Source: Burkholderiales bacterium (GTDB lineage Bacteria; Pseudomonadota; Gammaproteobacteria; Burkholderiales; JAEUOS01). From it: a stretch of DNA of 64,000 bases. The stretch lies in contig JBEIFV010000004.1 in assembly GCA_040382235.1 (NCBI GenBank), positions 12,842 through 76,841 on the forward strand. The letters are read 5' to 3'. Numbering within the stretch: position 1 is the stretch's first letter; each line of letters opens with the position of its first letter. This document shows positions 27,416 to 37,222 of the stretch, piece by piece. Below the pieces are notes generated by a model, which ran no database searches, was not told the origin of the DNA, and saw only the letters and a program-made list of their open reading frames with translations. Position numbers and translations under genes: made by a program.

Positions 27416-28711
27416 CTACATATTCTCCGGCAAAAACGTCACGATCTGCGGAAACGCCATGATCAGGAAGGTGAAGAGGATCATGATCACCGCGTAGGGC
27501 AAGGCGCCGCGGATCACGTCGCCGACGCTGCCCTTGTCCGGCCGAATCCCCTGCACCACGAAGAGGTTCATGCCCACCGGCGGGGTGATCAGCCCCAGCT
27601 CGCACATGATGATGATGAAGATGCCGAACCAGATCGGATCCACACCCACCGAGGTGACGATCGGATAGGTAAGCGGTATGGTTGCCACCATCATCGAGAG
27701 GGTGTCCATGAACATGCCCAGCAGCAGGTAGAACAGGATCAGCGCGAGCAGCAGCGCGGTTTTTGACAGGCCGAAGCTGGTGACCCACTTGGTCAGCGCC
27801 TCGCCGATGCCGGTCAGGCTCAAGGCCAGGTTGAGCACGAAGGCGGCGGTGGTGATCAAGAGGATCATGCCGGTGGTGCGCGCGGACGACAGGAAGCAGC
27901 CCTGCAACAGCGTGATTGTGAGCTTGCCGGAAAAGCCGATAAACGCCAGCGCCACCACCACCCCCAGCGCAGCCGATTCGGTGGCTGTGGCGATGCCCGC
28001 ATACAGGCTGCCCATGACAATGGCGAATATCACCACCGGCTGGGTGATGTTGACCAGGAGGCGCAAGCGCTCCTTGAGCGGCACCGGATCGTGCACCACA
28101 TTAAGCCCGGTGGTCTTGGCCATGATGTAGATGTAGAGCATGAAGCAGCCGGTGAGCAACAGGCCGGGAATGATGCCGGCGATGAACAGCTTGCCCACCG
28201 AATTGTTGGTCATCGAGCCATAGATGATCATGTTGACCGAGGGCGGAATCAGGATGCCCAGGGTGCCACCGGCGGCCAGGCTGCCGAGTGACGCGCTCAT
28301 CGGGTAGCCGTGGCGCTGCAGCGAGGGCAGTGCCACTGTGCCAATGGTGGCAGCGGTCGCCACCGATGAACCGGAGGTGGCCGCGAACAGCGCGCAGCAG
28401 CCGATGTTGGTATGCAAGAGGCCACCCGGCAGTCGCCCGAGCCAGGCGGCGAAGGCCTGGTACATGCGATCGGCCATGCCGCTGCGCAGCAGCAGTTCGC
28501 CCAACAGCACGAAGAGCGGAATCGAGGTCAGTCCGTTCTCGCTCATGGTGCCCCACAGCACCGAGGCGCCGGAAATCAGGAAGGCTTCGCCAAACGCCGC
28601 CATGCCGCCCACCACCGCCAGCAGCAGCATCACCGTTGCGATCGGCATGCCCAACAGCATGAAAAACACCATCGCGAAAAAACTGACGAGGCCGATCGCG
28701 ACCATGCTCAT
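27416..28711 (-). CDS. TRAP transporter large permease (DctM-type), system 1
   Basis: ATG at 28711. MSMVAIGLVSFFAMVFFMLLGMPIATVM...IPLFVLLGELLLRSGMADR..., about 430 aa and polytopic. Confidence 0.9.
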   Translation of the reverse strand: MSMVAIGLVSFFAMVFFMLLGMPIATVMLLLAVVGGMAAFGEAFLISGASVLWGTMSENGLTSIPLFVLLGELLLRSGMADRMYQAFAAWLGRLPGGLLHTNIGCCALFAATSGSSVATAATIGTVALPSLQRHGYPMSASLGSLAAGGTLGILIPPSVNMIIYGSMTNNSVGKLFIAGIIPGLLLTGCFMLYIYIMAKTTGLNVVHDPVPLKERLRLLVNITQPVVIFAIVMGSLYAGIATATESAALGVVVALAFIGFSGKLTITLLQGCFLSSARTTGMILLITTAAFVLNLALSLTGIGEALTKWVTSFGLSKTALLLALILFYLLLGMFMDTLSMMVATIPLTYPIVTSVGVDPIWFGIFIIIMCELGLITPPVGMNLFVVQGIRPDKGSVGDVIRGALPYAVIMILFTFLIMAFPQIVTFLPENM

Positions 28712-29298
28712 TTGGATTCTCCCGGCAATGCGGCGACATCCACCCCGCGCGCCTTGGCGTCGTCCAGTTCCTCTTTCAGTTCCTCCTTGGCGCCGCGCGG
28801 CGAATAGTCGCGCACCAGGATCTCGCCGCGCCCGGTGAAGACCAGCCACAACACCCGGATGGCGTAACCGCTGGCGACTGCGGCAAACAAGGCCAGGCAG
28901 GCGAACCACACCATTTGTGGATACTTGATCGGCGTCGCCCATGGCGTTTGCGCGGTGCTGTTCAAGGCGATCGAGTCGCGCAGGCTGTAGAAGGCCATTG
29001 CCAGGTACAACAGGGCGGTGGCGGTGATGGTCAGCATGGCCAGCACGTTAAGCACGACGCGCGGCCCCTGCGGCAGGCGGTCGTGAATCAGGTCGATGCG
29101 AATGTGGGCGCGCGATACCAGCGCCAGGGTAAATGCCAGCGAGGCGCCGACCGCAAGCGCGTAGCCGCCCAGTTCGTCCACGCCCTGTAGCGAAACGTTG
29201 AATACTTTTCGCATCGTGGTCTCGACGGCGACCGCGAACGACAGCAAAACGAACACCACGCCAAACAGCGTGGCGGCGACTTTTTCGAGAGTTTTCAT
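28708..29298 (-). CDS. TRAP transporter small permease (DctQ-type), system 1
   Basis: ATG at 29298; 4-nt overlap with the DctM gene; four predicted TM helices. Carries an unusually long charged C-terminal tail (..RDYSPRGAKEELKEELDDAKARGVDVAALPGESK). Confidence 0.8.
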   Translation of the reverse strand: MKTLEKVAATLFGVVFVLLSFAVAVETTMRKVFNVSLQGVDELGGYALAVGASLAFTLALVSRAHIRIDLIHDRLPQGPRVVLNVLAMLTITATALLYLAMAFYSLRDSIALNSTAQTPWATPIKYPQMVWFACLALFAAVASGYAIRVLWLVFTGRGEILVRDYSPRGAKEELKEELDDAKARGVDVAALPGESK

Positions 29299-29372
29299 GC
29301 GGGCTCCACTTTTCCAGCAGTGGGGCCGGCGGGTTTGCGCCGGCCCCGGTAAAGCCATTGCCTACTCAATGC

Positions 29373-30431
29373 TTACTTCATGCCGATGATCGGGCCCACC
29401 GTTTTCTTCCAGGATGCAGAGCAGCCAGGATTGACCTTGTCACAGGCTTCCGCCCAGGCCGGGAAGGAGATGTCGCGCACCGCGTTCTGCACAAACTCGA
29501 TATCTTTCGGAATCGGCTTGACTGTTACCAGCTTGAACTTCTTGCCGGTGGTGCAGGGGTCCTGGCCGGCGTTGCAGCGCATGGCGTCGGTCCACAGTTC
29601 CTCCGAATACTTCCAGATGTCGTCGGACAAGCCTTCGATGGCGCCGCGCAGCTTGATCTGCTGCTCGCCCGACATCTTCTTCCACGAGGTCATGTTGATC
29701 GCATAGCCTTGCACCGCCACCTGCAGGCCCAGGGCATAGACATGGGTCGCGGTCTCGGGCCAGCCGGCCGAATTGGCCGAGGAGGGACCGGTCACGGCGC
29801 AGTCGATGGTGCCCAGTTTGAGGCCCTGCGCCACCTCACCAAACGCCATCGTCACCGGCGTGCCGCCGACGCGTTCCATGAATTTGGCCATCACGCCATC
29901 GAGAATGCGGATCTTCATGCCCTTCAAGCTCGACAAGTCCTTGATCGGCTTGGTGCAGAAAATCACCTGCGGGCCGAAGGGCCACACCGCCAGCAACTTC
30001 AGGTTGAATTGTTCCTGCAGGCGCAGATCGACATAGCTCTGGTAGGCACTGACCACCTTCTTCGCGGTTTTGTAGTCGGTGTTGAGCCCCACCATGTCCA
30101 GGCCCAGGATCATCGGCTCGTCGCGCGAGACCTGACCCATGCGCAGGCCGACGACGTCATAGATGCCGGTCTTCATCACCCGCAGCTGCTCGAACTCCTT
30201 GACGCCGGTGGAGTCCAGCGGCTTGTAGTCGACGTCCAGCGGCAGGCCGGTTTTCTTCGCCAGGTCGGTGAAAAAGGGCAGCTCCTTGTTTTTCTGGATC
30301 AGGCCGGTGGAAAGCGGCATGCCCATCACGCGCAGCTTGATTTTTTCTTGTGCGGTGACCGGGGCGACAGCGAACGCGGTGGCAATGGCGGCGCTGCATA
30401 GTGCCGCTCGAGTGAGGTGCTGCAGTTTCAT
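29373..30431 (-). CDS. TRAP transporter substrate-binding protein (DctP-type), system 1
   Basis: Signal peptide MKLQHLTRAALCSAAIATAFAVAPVTAQ, with DctP-like size and gene context. Confidence 0.85.
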   Translation of the reverse strand: MKLQHLTRAALCSAAIATAFAVAPVTAQEKIKLRVMGMPLSTGLIQKNKELPFFTDLAKKTGLPLDVDYKPLDSTGVKEFEQLRVMKTGIYDVVGLRMGQVSRDEPMILGLDMVGLNTDYKTAKKVVSAYQSYVDLRLQEQFNLKLLAVWPFGPQVIFCTKPIKDLSSLKGMKIRILDGVMAKFMERVGGTPVTMAFGEVAQGLKLGTIDCAVTGPSSANSAGWPETATHVYALGLQVAVQGYAINMTSWKKMSGEQQIKLRGAIEGLSDDIWKYSEELWTDAMRCNAGQDPCTTGKKFKLVTVKPIPKDIEFVQNAVRDISFPAWAEACDKVNPGCSASWKKTVGPIIGMK

Positions 30432-30488
30432 CGGGTTGACTCCTGGGTTGAAAAGCGGTTGAGGGTGATACGAAAATCGTGGGTGCTG

Positions 30489-30890
30489 TCAGGCGGGGTC
30501 ACCGGGCAGGCGCCAGGTGCGGATGGGGGGTGATTTGACTTCGATCTGCACGCAATCTTCGAGCGCTTCGCTGTAGTGTGGCACACCGCGCGGGTGCACC
30601 CAGGAATCGCCGGGCCCCAGAATCGTCTCGACACCGTCGATCACCATGCGTAGCTTGCCGGAGAGCAGGATCGCCACCGATTCATGGTCGTCGTGCTGAT
30701 GCAGCGGGTCGATCAGGCCTTTCTTGCGGGTCCAGCGGGTCATCGAACTCTCGTCGCCGCACACCAGCGGGGCCACCGCCAGTACGCCTTGCATGGACGC
30801 GCCTTCGACGCTCGACACCACGGTCTCGACCGCGGCGGCGGCCTTGAAGGTGAATGCGCTACTGCGCGGCAGCTTGCGGGGGATGGTCAT
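30489..30890 (-). CDS. cupin domain protein
   Basis: 133 aa, ...DPLHQHDDHESVAILLSGKLRMVIDGVETILGPGDSWVHPRGVPHYSEAL... Confidence 0.7.
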   Translation of the reverse strand: MTIPRKLPRSSAFTFKAAAAVETVVSSVEGASMQGVLAVAPLVCGDESSMTRWTRKKGLIDPLHQHDDHESVAILLSGKLRMVIDGVETILGPGDSWVHPRGVPHYSEALEDCVQIEVKSPPIRTWRLPGDPA

Positions 30891-30920
30891 GGTGATTCCT
30901 TTCGGTTGTGCAAAAAGCGC

Positions 30921-31631
30921 TCAGGCAAGCGCGGGCGCCGGATCGATCGCGAGCATGCGCAGGGCACCCGCCATGCCCCAGGCGACCGAATCATGGACCG
31001 GCAAGCCTAGCTGTGCCTGCAAGCCCGCGGCAACGCTGGCGCCGCGCGTATTGGTGCCGTAAATGATCAGGGCGTCGGGCCGCACCGGGCTGCTTTTCAC
31101 ACAGCGGACCGCCATCGTGGCGATTTCTTCCGGGGCGACCTGTGCCATGGCGAAGTTGTCGGCGATGTCATCCCGATGGGTATCGGCCACGCACTCGAAG
31201 CCGGCGGCGGCGAACGTCGCGTGAATGGTCTGGTTCATGTCCGGCGGGTTCAAGGTCACCATCGCGTAGCGCTTGACGCCGCTGCGAGTGAACTCATCGG
31301 CCAGCGCCAGGGTCGAGGTGGTGGCGTTGATGCCGGTGGCGGCGCGAATCTCGTCGCACAACTGGCGATCGCGCCCGAAGCCTACCAATCCGCCGGCGCT
31401 GCCGTTCCAGCAGATCACCTCGCAACGGGCATCCGCCAGCAGCTTCGCCGCACCGAGCAGGGCACCGGAGTCGTAGTAGGCGGCGGCCGGATTGTCGACT
31501 TTCACCGCGGTCAGTGCGAAGCGCGCGAAATGCACCTGCACCGCAGGCAGGCGCGCGGCCATCGCGATACACACCGGCTCGACCACGGTGTTGGAGGACG
31601 GCAGGATCATGCCGATGCGGTGCACGTTCAT
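30921..31631 (-). CDS. Asp/Glu racemase-superfamily protein (maleate isomerase / arylmalonate decarboxylase-like), paralogue 1
   Basis: MNVHRIGMILPSSNTVVEPVCIAM...VICWNGSAGGLVG...YAMVTLNPPDMNQ...ALIIYGTNTRGA.... ATGA overlap with the upstream DctM gene. Start coordinate derived from the track frame. Confidence 0.8.
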   Translation of the reverse strand: MNVHRIGMILPSSNTVVEPVCIAMAARLPAVQVHFARFALTAVKVDNPAAAYYDSGALLGAAKLLADARCEVICWNGSAGGLVGFGRDRQLCDEIRAATGINATTSTLALADEFTRSGVKRYAMVTLNPPDMNQTIHATFAAAGFECVADTHRDDIADNFAMAQVAPEEIATMAVRCVKSSPVRPDALIIYGTNTRGASVAAGLQAQLGLPVHDSVAWGMAGALRMLAIDPAPALA

Positions 31632-32917
31632 CCGGCGCCATAGCCCAGCAAGCGCGGCAACGAGGTAACGATCGGCGGAAACAGCATGCACAGGAACAAC
31701 ACGCCGTACATCAGGGTGATGAAGGGCCACAGCGCGACCACGATCTCGCGCATCGATATCTTGTTGATGCTGCACACCACGAACAGCACCACGCCCACGG
31801 GCGGCGTGAGCATGCCGATCACCAGGTTCAACACGAACAGGAAGCCGAAGTGCAAGGGGTCGATGCCGTAAGACAGGGCGATCGGATGCAGCAGCGGCAC
31901 CAGCATGATGTAGGCGGCATTCGATTCGAGGAACATGCCCACCACGAACAGCACCACCGCCACCAGCGCCATGTAGCCTAAGGGGCTGGTGGTGATCGAT
32001 TTCACCAGCGCCGCGACCTTCATCGGCAAGAGGTCGATGGTCAGCAGGTAGGTCACCACCGAGGCGAAGGCGATCAGCGCGCCGACCATCGCGGTGGTGA
32101 TGGCCGAGCGCAACAATATGCCCGGCAGGTCGGCGACCTTGAGGCGGCGGGTGATGAAAAAGCCGACCGCCAGCGCATACACGACGGCGATCGCCGAGCC
32201 TTCAGTGGCGGTGAAGGCGCCGCCGACGATGCCGCCGATCACCACCACCGGCATCATGAAAATGATGATCGAGCGGCGCAGTTGTGCGAAAACGTTGGCG
32301 AAGCTGAAGGCTTCACCGGTGGCCGGATAGCCGCGCTTGTTGACATACCAGGTGCTGATCAACATGAAGCCGGCGGTGATGATGAGGCCGGGAATCACGC
32401 CGGCCATGAACATGCCGCCCACCGAGACCGAGGGCCCGGCCATGAAAGCATAGACGATCATCGCCCCTGACGGCGGAATGATCGGCCCGAGGTTGCCGGC
32501 GGCGGCGACGATCGCCGAGGCGAACGGCTTGTCATAGGCCTTGGTGAGCGAAGGCCCGAGAATGGTCGACAGCGCACTGGCGTCCGACACCGCCGCACCC
32601 GACACCGTGGCCAGGCCGGCGCCCGACAGCATGGTCACGTGCGCCAGGCCGCCGCGCACGCGGCCCACCACCGCGTTGGCCAGCTCGATCAGGCGCTCGA
32701 CGATGCCGGCCTTGACCATCAGTTCGCCGGCCAGGATGAAGAACGGGATCGACATCAGCGGGAACGAATTGACCGCATGCATCATGCGCTGCGGAATGAT
32801 GGCGAAGCCATCGGGCGAGAAAGCCAGCGCCACCATCGCCGCGAAGCCAAGCGAAAACGCGATCGGCATGCCGATCAAGCCCAGCAGAAGGAAGCCGATA
32901 AAGATGCCGATCGACAT
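31628..32917 (-). CDS. TRAP transporter large permease (DctM-type), system 2
   Basis: ATG at 32917. MSIGIFIGFLLLGLIGMPIAFSLGFAAM...SIPFFILAGELMVKAGIVERL... Confidence 0.9.
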   Translation of the reverse strand: MSIGIFIGFLLLGLIGMPIAFSLGFAAMVALAFSPDGFAIIPQRMMHAVNSFPLMSIPFFILAGELMVKAGIVERLIELANAVVGRVRGGLAHVTMLSGAGLATVSGAAVSDASALSTILGPSLTKAYDKPFASAIVAAAGNLGPIIPPSGAMIVYAFMAGPSVSVGGMFMAGVIPGLIITAGFMLISTWYVNKRGYPATGEAFSFANVFAQLRRSIIIFMMPVVVIGGIVGGAFTATEGSAIAVVYALAVGFFITRRLKVADLPGILLRSAITTAMVGALIAFASVVTYLLTIDLLPMKVAALVKSITTSPLGYMALVAVVLFVVGMFLESNAAYIMLVPLLHPIALSYGIDPLHFGFLFVLNLVIGMLTPPVGVVLFVVCSINKISMREIVVALWPFITLMYGVLFLCMLFPPIVTSLPRLLGYGAG

Positions 32918-32927
32918 GGCGCGCTCC

Positions 32928-33413
32928 CTATTCCGCGGCCAGATCGGCGCGTGCCGACGGACCGGCAGCGACGATGTAAAGCAAATGCAGCGCGCTGTGG
33001 GCGGTGCCGAAAGCGACCGGCACCATGAACCAGGCGGTGGACATGGCAAGCGTGGGCATCATCTCGCTCCACTGCTCGGCCGCCACCCGCACGGTGTACC
33101 AGGCGATGAGCGCCATCATGCCGGCCGACAACAGGGCCACAAAACGCGCCAGGCCGGCCTGCACCGTCGCCGGCAAGCGGGCCACCAGGAGCTCGATGCT
33201 GATGTGGGCGTGGTGGCGGATGCCGATCGGCACCGCCAGGAACACCGAGGTGACAAAAAGCAAGCGGCCTATGTCGTCGGCCCAGTCGAGCGAGGAATTG
33301 AAGCCATAGCGCAGCAGCACCTGCACCGACACTACCGCTACCATCAGGGCCATCGCCAGCATGATGGCCCAGCACACCAGCCGGTCGAAGCCGTCCAGCA
33401 GTTTCTTGAACAT
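32928..33413 (-). CDS. TRAP transporter small permease (DctQ-type), system 2
   Basis: 161 aa with four TM segments, positioned between the DctP and DctM genes. Confidence 0.85.
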   Translation of the reverse strand: MFKKLLDGFDRLVCWAIMLAMALMVAVVSVQVLLRYGFNSSLDWADDIGRLLFVTSVFLAVPIGIRHHAHISIELLVARLPATVQAGLARFVALLSAGMMALIAWYTVRVAAEQWSEMMPTLAMSTAWFMVPVAFGTAHSALHLLYIVAAGPSARADLAAE

Positions 33414-33458
33414 GGGTGTTCCCCGGTTTGGTGGCGGTGTGGTCGCTGCCGCTTGCGC

Positions 33459-34457
33459 CTACTTCATCTTCGCCACCTCGGCCAGCACGCTGTCGACCAG
33501 CGGGCCGCCGGCGCGCTTCTTCACTTCATCCACCACGCCGGCGGAAGCCTTGCGCATGGCTTCGCGCACGGCCGGCGTGATCTCGGTGTACTCCATCTTT
33601 TTCTTCAGCTCGTCAAACGCTTCGGCATCCTGCTTGGCAGCCGCCGCGCGCTGGCTTGCCACGGCGGTGTTCATTGCGTCGCGAATCGCCTTCTGGTACT
33701 CCGGCTTCAGGGCTTCGAAGGATTTCTTGTTGGCCAGGATCAGGATGAAGTCGAAGAAATGCCCGCTGTTGGACAGGTACTTCTGTACCTCGTTGTAGCG
33801 TCCGGCGCGGATGATCGGGAACGGGTTCTCCTGGCCGTCGAGCACCTTCTGTTCCATCGCCGAATACAGCTCCTTGACATCCATCGCCACCGCATTGGCG
33901 CCCATCGAGCGGAAGGTGGCCAGGTGCGTTTCGTTGGGCTGCAGGCGGATTTTCAGGCCCTTCAGGTCTTCCATGGTCTTGATCGGCCGCTTGCTGTTGG
34001 TGATGTTGCGCGAACCGAGCTCCATCCAGCCCAGCACCATGAAATTCTTGTCGGCCATTTTCTGGTCGAGCAATTTGCCGATGTTGCCGTCCAGCACCTT
34101 GAACGCGACTTCGCGATTGGGAAACAGGAACGGCAGGCTCACCGCTTCCAGTTCGGTCACGATGCGCGACATGTAGGCCGCGCCGGTCCAGGTCATGAGC
34201 AGCGAGCCGGCGCGCACGGCGTCGACGTTTTCCTTGGCACCGCCCAGCTGCATGGCAGGGAACAGGTCGACCTGCAGCGCGTTCTTGGTGAGCCTGGCAA
34301 GCTCGGGCTTGAACACCTGCTCCATGGCGATCGACGAGGAGTGGGCGATTTCGAAGTTGCCGGCCAGGCGCACCTTGTCTTGTGCGCCCGCACTCAAGGG
34401 GGCGAAGGCCAGGGCGGCGAGAGTGGCGGTTGCGAGTGTTTTGCGGGAGTTAAACAT
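33459..34457 (-). CDS. TRAP transporter substrate-binding protein (DctP-type), system 2
   Basis: Signal peptide, then ...LFPAMQLGGAKENVDAVRAGSLLMTWTG...LKGLKIRLQPNETHLATFRSMGANAVAMDVKELYSAMEQKVLDGQENP... Confidence 0.9.
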   Translation of the reverse strand: MFNSRKTLATATLAALAFAPLSAGAQDKVRLAGNFEIAHSSSIAMEQVFKPELARLTKNALQVDLFPAMQLGGAKENVDAVRAGSLLMTWTGAAYMSRIVTELEAVSLPFLFPNREVAFKVLDGNIGKLLDQKMADKNFMVLGWMELGSRNITNSKRPIKTMEDLKGLKIRLQPNETHLATFRSMGANAVAMDVKELYSAMEQKVLDGQENPFPIIRAGRYNEVQKYLSNSGHFFDFILILANKKSFEALKPEYQKAIRDAMNTAVASQRAAAAKQDAEAFDELKKKMEYTEITPAVREAMRKASAGVVDEVKKRAGGPLVDSVLAEVAKMK

Positions 34458-34494
34458 GGTTGATTCCTCGTAAATGAAGAGAGCTTGGTTGAAT

Positions 34495-34740
34495 TCAGCC
34501 GGGAAGCACCGAGGACGACTGGGTCCACGGCGTGATCTGGAACGGCAGGTGATGCGGTTGCCTGGCGTCGTAGATGTCGAATTCCATCGTCAGGCGCGTG
34601 TGGTAGCCGCCGGGCAGCTTGGCGCCGGCTTTCTTGCAGTGGTCACCGACATGCACATCGATGCGGTAGCGGCCGGTTTTCATGTCGGCCGGCTGCACCA
34701 GCGGGAGCAGTTCCCTACGGCCAAGATTGATAACCTGCAT
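34495..34740 (-). CDS. short transthyretin/5-hydroxyisourate-hydrolase-like protein (81 aa, lacks the N-terminal third of the fold)
   Basis: ...MKTGRYRIDVHVGDHCKKAGAKLPGGYHTRLTMEFDIYDARQPHHLPFQITPWTQSS resembles ..G.YEL.FHVGDYF......F...V.V.F.I.D...HYHVPLLLSPW.YSTYRGS of HIU hydrolases. The canonical C-terminal YRGS is absent, and stops lie upstream of the ATG. Confidence 0.5.
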   Translation of the reverse strand: MQVINLGRRELLPLVQPADMKTGRYRIDVHVGDHCKKAGAKLPGGYHTRLTMEFDIYDARQPHHLPFQITPWTQSSSVLPG

Positions 34741-34776
34741 GAGATTGCCCTTATGTGGAATTGCGAGACAACTGCT

Positions 34777-35703
34777 TTACGAACCCTGGTGGTGTGGCGC
34801 GTGCCCATGTGCGCCGTCGGCGACTATGAAATGCTCGGCGATGGTGCCGGCGGTGGTGACCCAGACGTCCGGAAATGCCGCGGAAATCACCGACAGCGCG
34901 CGGCGGAAATGCTTCAGGCGAAACGGCTGGCCGGCGCAATGCGCGTGCAGCGAGACGCCCATCACCAGCGGTTCGTCGGCCGCCTGGCGGCGCATTTCGC
35001 CGAAGTTGTCGACGATCATGTCGGCGAAGTCGTCCGGGTTGACGCGCCGCCCGATTACGGTATTGCTGTCGTTGAGTTCCTGCGGGTAAGGCACGGCCAA
35101 CAGGCGCCCGGCGCGGGTCTTGAGCCAGAACGGCTGGTCGTCGCAGCACCAGTCGAGCACATAGCGGTAGCCGGCTTCCTGCAGCAGGTCGGGGGTTCGC
35201 GTACTCTCGGAAATCCAGGGCCCGAGCCAGCCTTGCGGGCGGCGACCCGCCCCGGCCTCGATTGCACTGGTGGCCTGCGCAATCAGCGCGGCCTCTTCGT
35301 CGGCCGGCAGATTGCCCTGGCGCTCCGAATTGGTGCGGCCATGCGCCGCGATCTCGGCACCGATCGAGGCGAATGCGTGCGGTAGTTGCGGGCAGTGGCG
35401 ATATACCTCGGCATTGACCAGGAGGGTGCAGGGCAGGCCCAGCTCGGCGAACATGCGCTGCAGGCGCCAGCCGCCGACGCGGTTGCCATATTCCAGCCAC
35501 GACCAGTTCATCACATCCGGTGCCGGCCCCGGCCCCGGTGTTGCGATTTCTTCGATCAGGCCTTCACCAAACGCGTAAGCCTCGAGATTGAGCGCCACAT
35601 AGATTGCCAGGCGCTTGCCCTCAGGCCAGGTAAAGCCGGGCCGCTCGGTGATGGCCGAATAGTCGAAGCGTCCGTGGCTGGCGAGCATCGGCGCGGCTTT
35701 CAT
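34777..35703 (-). CDS. polysaccharide deacetylase-family protein (PuuE-allantoinase-like size and context)
   Basis: 308 aa, ...WPEGKRLAIYVALNLEAYAFGEG...NWSWLEYGNRVGGWRLQRMFAELGLPCTLLVNAEV...AAHGRTNSE... Confidence 0.75.
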   Translation of the reverse strand: MKAAPMLASHGRFDYSAITERPGFTWPEGKRLAIYVALNLEAYAFGEGLIEEIATPGPGPAPDVMNWSWLEYGNRVGGWRLQRMFAELGLPCTLLVNAEVYRHCPQLPHAFASIGAEIAAHGRTNSERQGNLPADEEAALIAQATSAIEAGAGRRPQGWLGPWISESTRTPDLLQEAGYRYVLDWCCDDQPFWLKTRAGRLLAVPYPQELNDSNTVIGRRVNPDDFADMIVDNFGEMRRQAADEPLVMGVSLHAHCAGQPFRLKHFRRALSVISAAFPDVWVTTAGTIAEHFIVADGAHGHAPHHQGS

Positions 35704-37211
35704 GGATGCATCGGACCGGCGCGGCGTTCCATGCCGACATCGACTTGCAGCGCGCGCATTAGCATGGCGCGATAGTGGGGTTCGAGCAAGGCGGCGGCGT
35801 GCGCGGTGGCGGCCAGGCTGTCGGCGAATTCGACCGCCAGCTCGCGCACTTCGGCCTTGAGCGCTGTTTCGTCCACACTCAACACACGGCCGTCTTCGAC
35901 TACCACTTCACCGGCCACCATGGTCAGGCGCACCGAATTGCCGTTCTCGCAAAACACCAATTGGCGCTGCAAGTCGTTGAGCGGGGTGAACGGCAGCGTG
36001 TCGAGGTCGACTAAGATCAGGTCGGCCGCGGCGCCGGCCTTGAGCTGGCCGATCTCGCCTTCCAGGCGCATGCCGCGCGCGCCGCCACGGGTGGCGCAGG
36101 CCAGCACTTCGGCGGCTGTGGGCCAGTCGCGGTAGTCGGGCTCGGCAATCTTGTGGATCAGGCCTGCGGTTTTCATCGCCCCCCACACATTGGTGGTGTC
36201 GTCGGTGTTGCGTTCATCAGTGCCTAATGCAATCGGTATGCCATGTTGGCGCAAGCGGCGAAACGGCATCACGCCGCTGCCCAGTTTCAGGTTGCATACC
36301 GGGTTGTGCGCCACCGTGCAGCCGGCGGCGGCCAGGAGTTCCATGTCGACACGGTCGATCCAGATGGCGTGGATGGCCAGCATGCGCTCGTCGAGAAAGC
36401 CGAGATCGTGGACCTGGCGCACCAGCGATTTGCCCCATACCTCCTGGCCGAATACCCGCTGCAGGCGCGTTTCAAGCAGGTGGATGTTGAACGGCAGGTC
36501 GTGCGTGCGGCTGAATTCGCTGAGCGTGGCGAAGTAGTCGTCGGTGACCCGTTGCGGCGCCGAATTGGATACCGCCACCCGCAGCCGACCGTCGGCGGCG
36601 CCGTGCCAGCGTTCAAGAAACCACTGGTACAGCGTGCCGATCTCGGTGGCGCTCCAGCGCCGTGCGGCGTCCATGCGCTGCAGGGTGGTCGCCGGCAGCA
36701 GATCCTTGAGGAACGGGTATTTCTCGTGCTCCACCTTGTTCGGATGGTTGATCGAGACGGTGGCGCGCATGCCGGAATCGGCATAGGCCTGCATGATCGC
36801 GTCAATGCCTTCGGGGCTGGGTTCGGGGTTGTGATAGGGGTCGTCATGCACCGCGGTGATGCCGGCCTTGAGCATCTCGACGGCGCCCAGCAGGGTTTGC
36901 GCATAGGCCATGCGCGCACCGACCTGGCCTTCGCCGCCCGGCGGTACCTCGAACAGCATGAAAAGTTCCAGCGGCATGTCGGTCAGCGCACCGCACATCA
37001 TGTTGCCGGGCGAATGAAAGTGGCCGTTGATGAGGCCCGGCATCGCCAGTTTGCCGTGCGCCTGGATCACGCGGTCGACGGCGCCGGCCGCGAGGTTGGG
37101 CCCGAGCGCGGCGATGCGCACTCCCTCGATCAGGATGTCGGCGGTGGCATATTCGCGGCCGTCGTCATCCAGGGTGAGCACACGCGCCTGGCGAATCAGG
37201 GTGCGCGCCAT
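35700..37211 (-). CDS. amidohydrolase-superfamily protein (deaminase/chlorohydrolase-like subgroup)
   Basis: 503 aa, ...GKLAMPGLINGHFHSPGNMM (HxH metal motif)...HLLETR...AIHAIW...VAHNPVCNLKLGSG...ALGTDE.... Confidence 0.85.
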   Translation of the reverse strand: MARTLIRQARVLTLDDDGREYATADILIEGVRIAALGPNLAAGAVDRVIQAHGKLAMPGLINGHFHSPGNMMCGALTDMPLELFMLFEVPPGGEGQVGARMAYAQTLLGAVEMLKAGITAVHDDPYHNPEPSPEGIDAIMQAYADSGMRATVSINHPNKVEHEKYPFLKDLLPATTLQRMDAARRWSATEIGTLYQWFLERWHGAADGRLRVAVSNSAPQRVTDDYFATLSEFSRTHDLPFNIHLLETRLQRVFGQEVWGKSLVRQVHDLGFLDERMLAIHAIWIDRVDMELLAAAGCTVAHNPVCNLKLGSGVMPFRRLRQHGIPIALGTDERNTDDTTNVWGAMKTAGLIHKIAEPDYRDWPTAAEVLACATRGGARGMRLEGEIGQLKAGAAADLILVDLDTLPFTPLNDLQRQLVFCENGNSVRLTMVAGEVVVEDGRVLSVDETALKAEVRELAVEFADSLAATAHAAALLEPHYRAMLMRALQVDVGMERRAGPMHP

Positions 37212-37222
37212 GCGGGGCTTCG

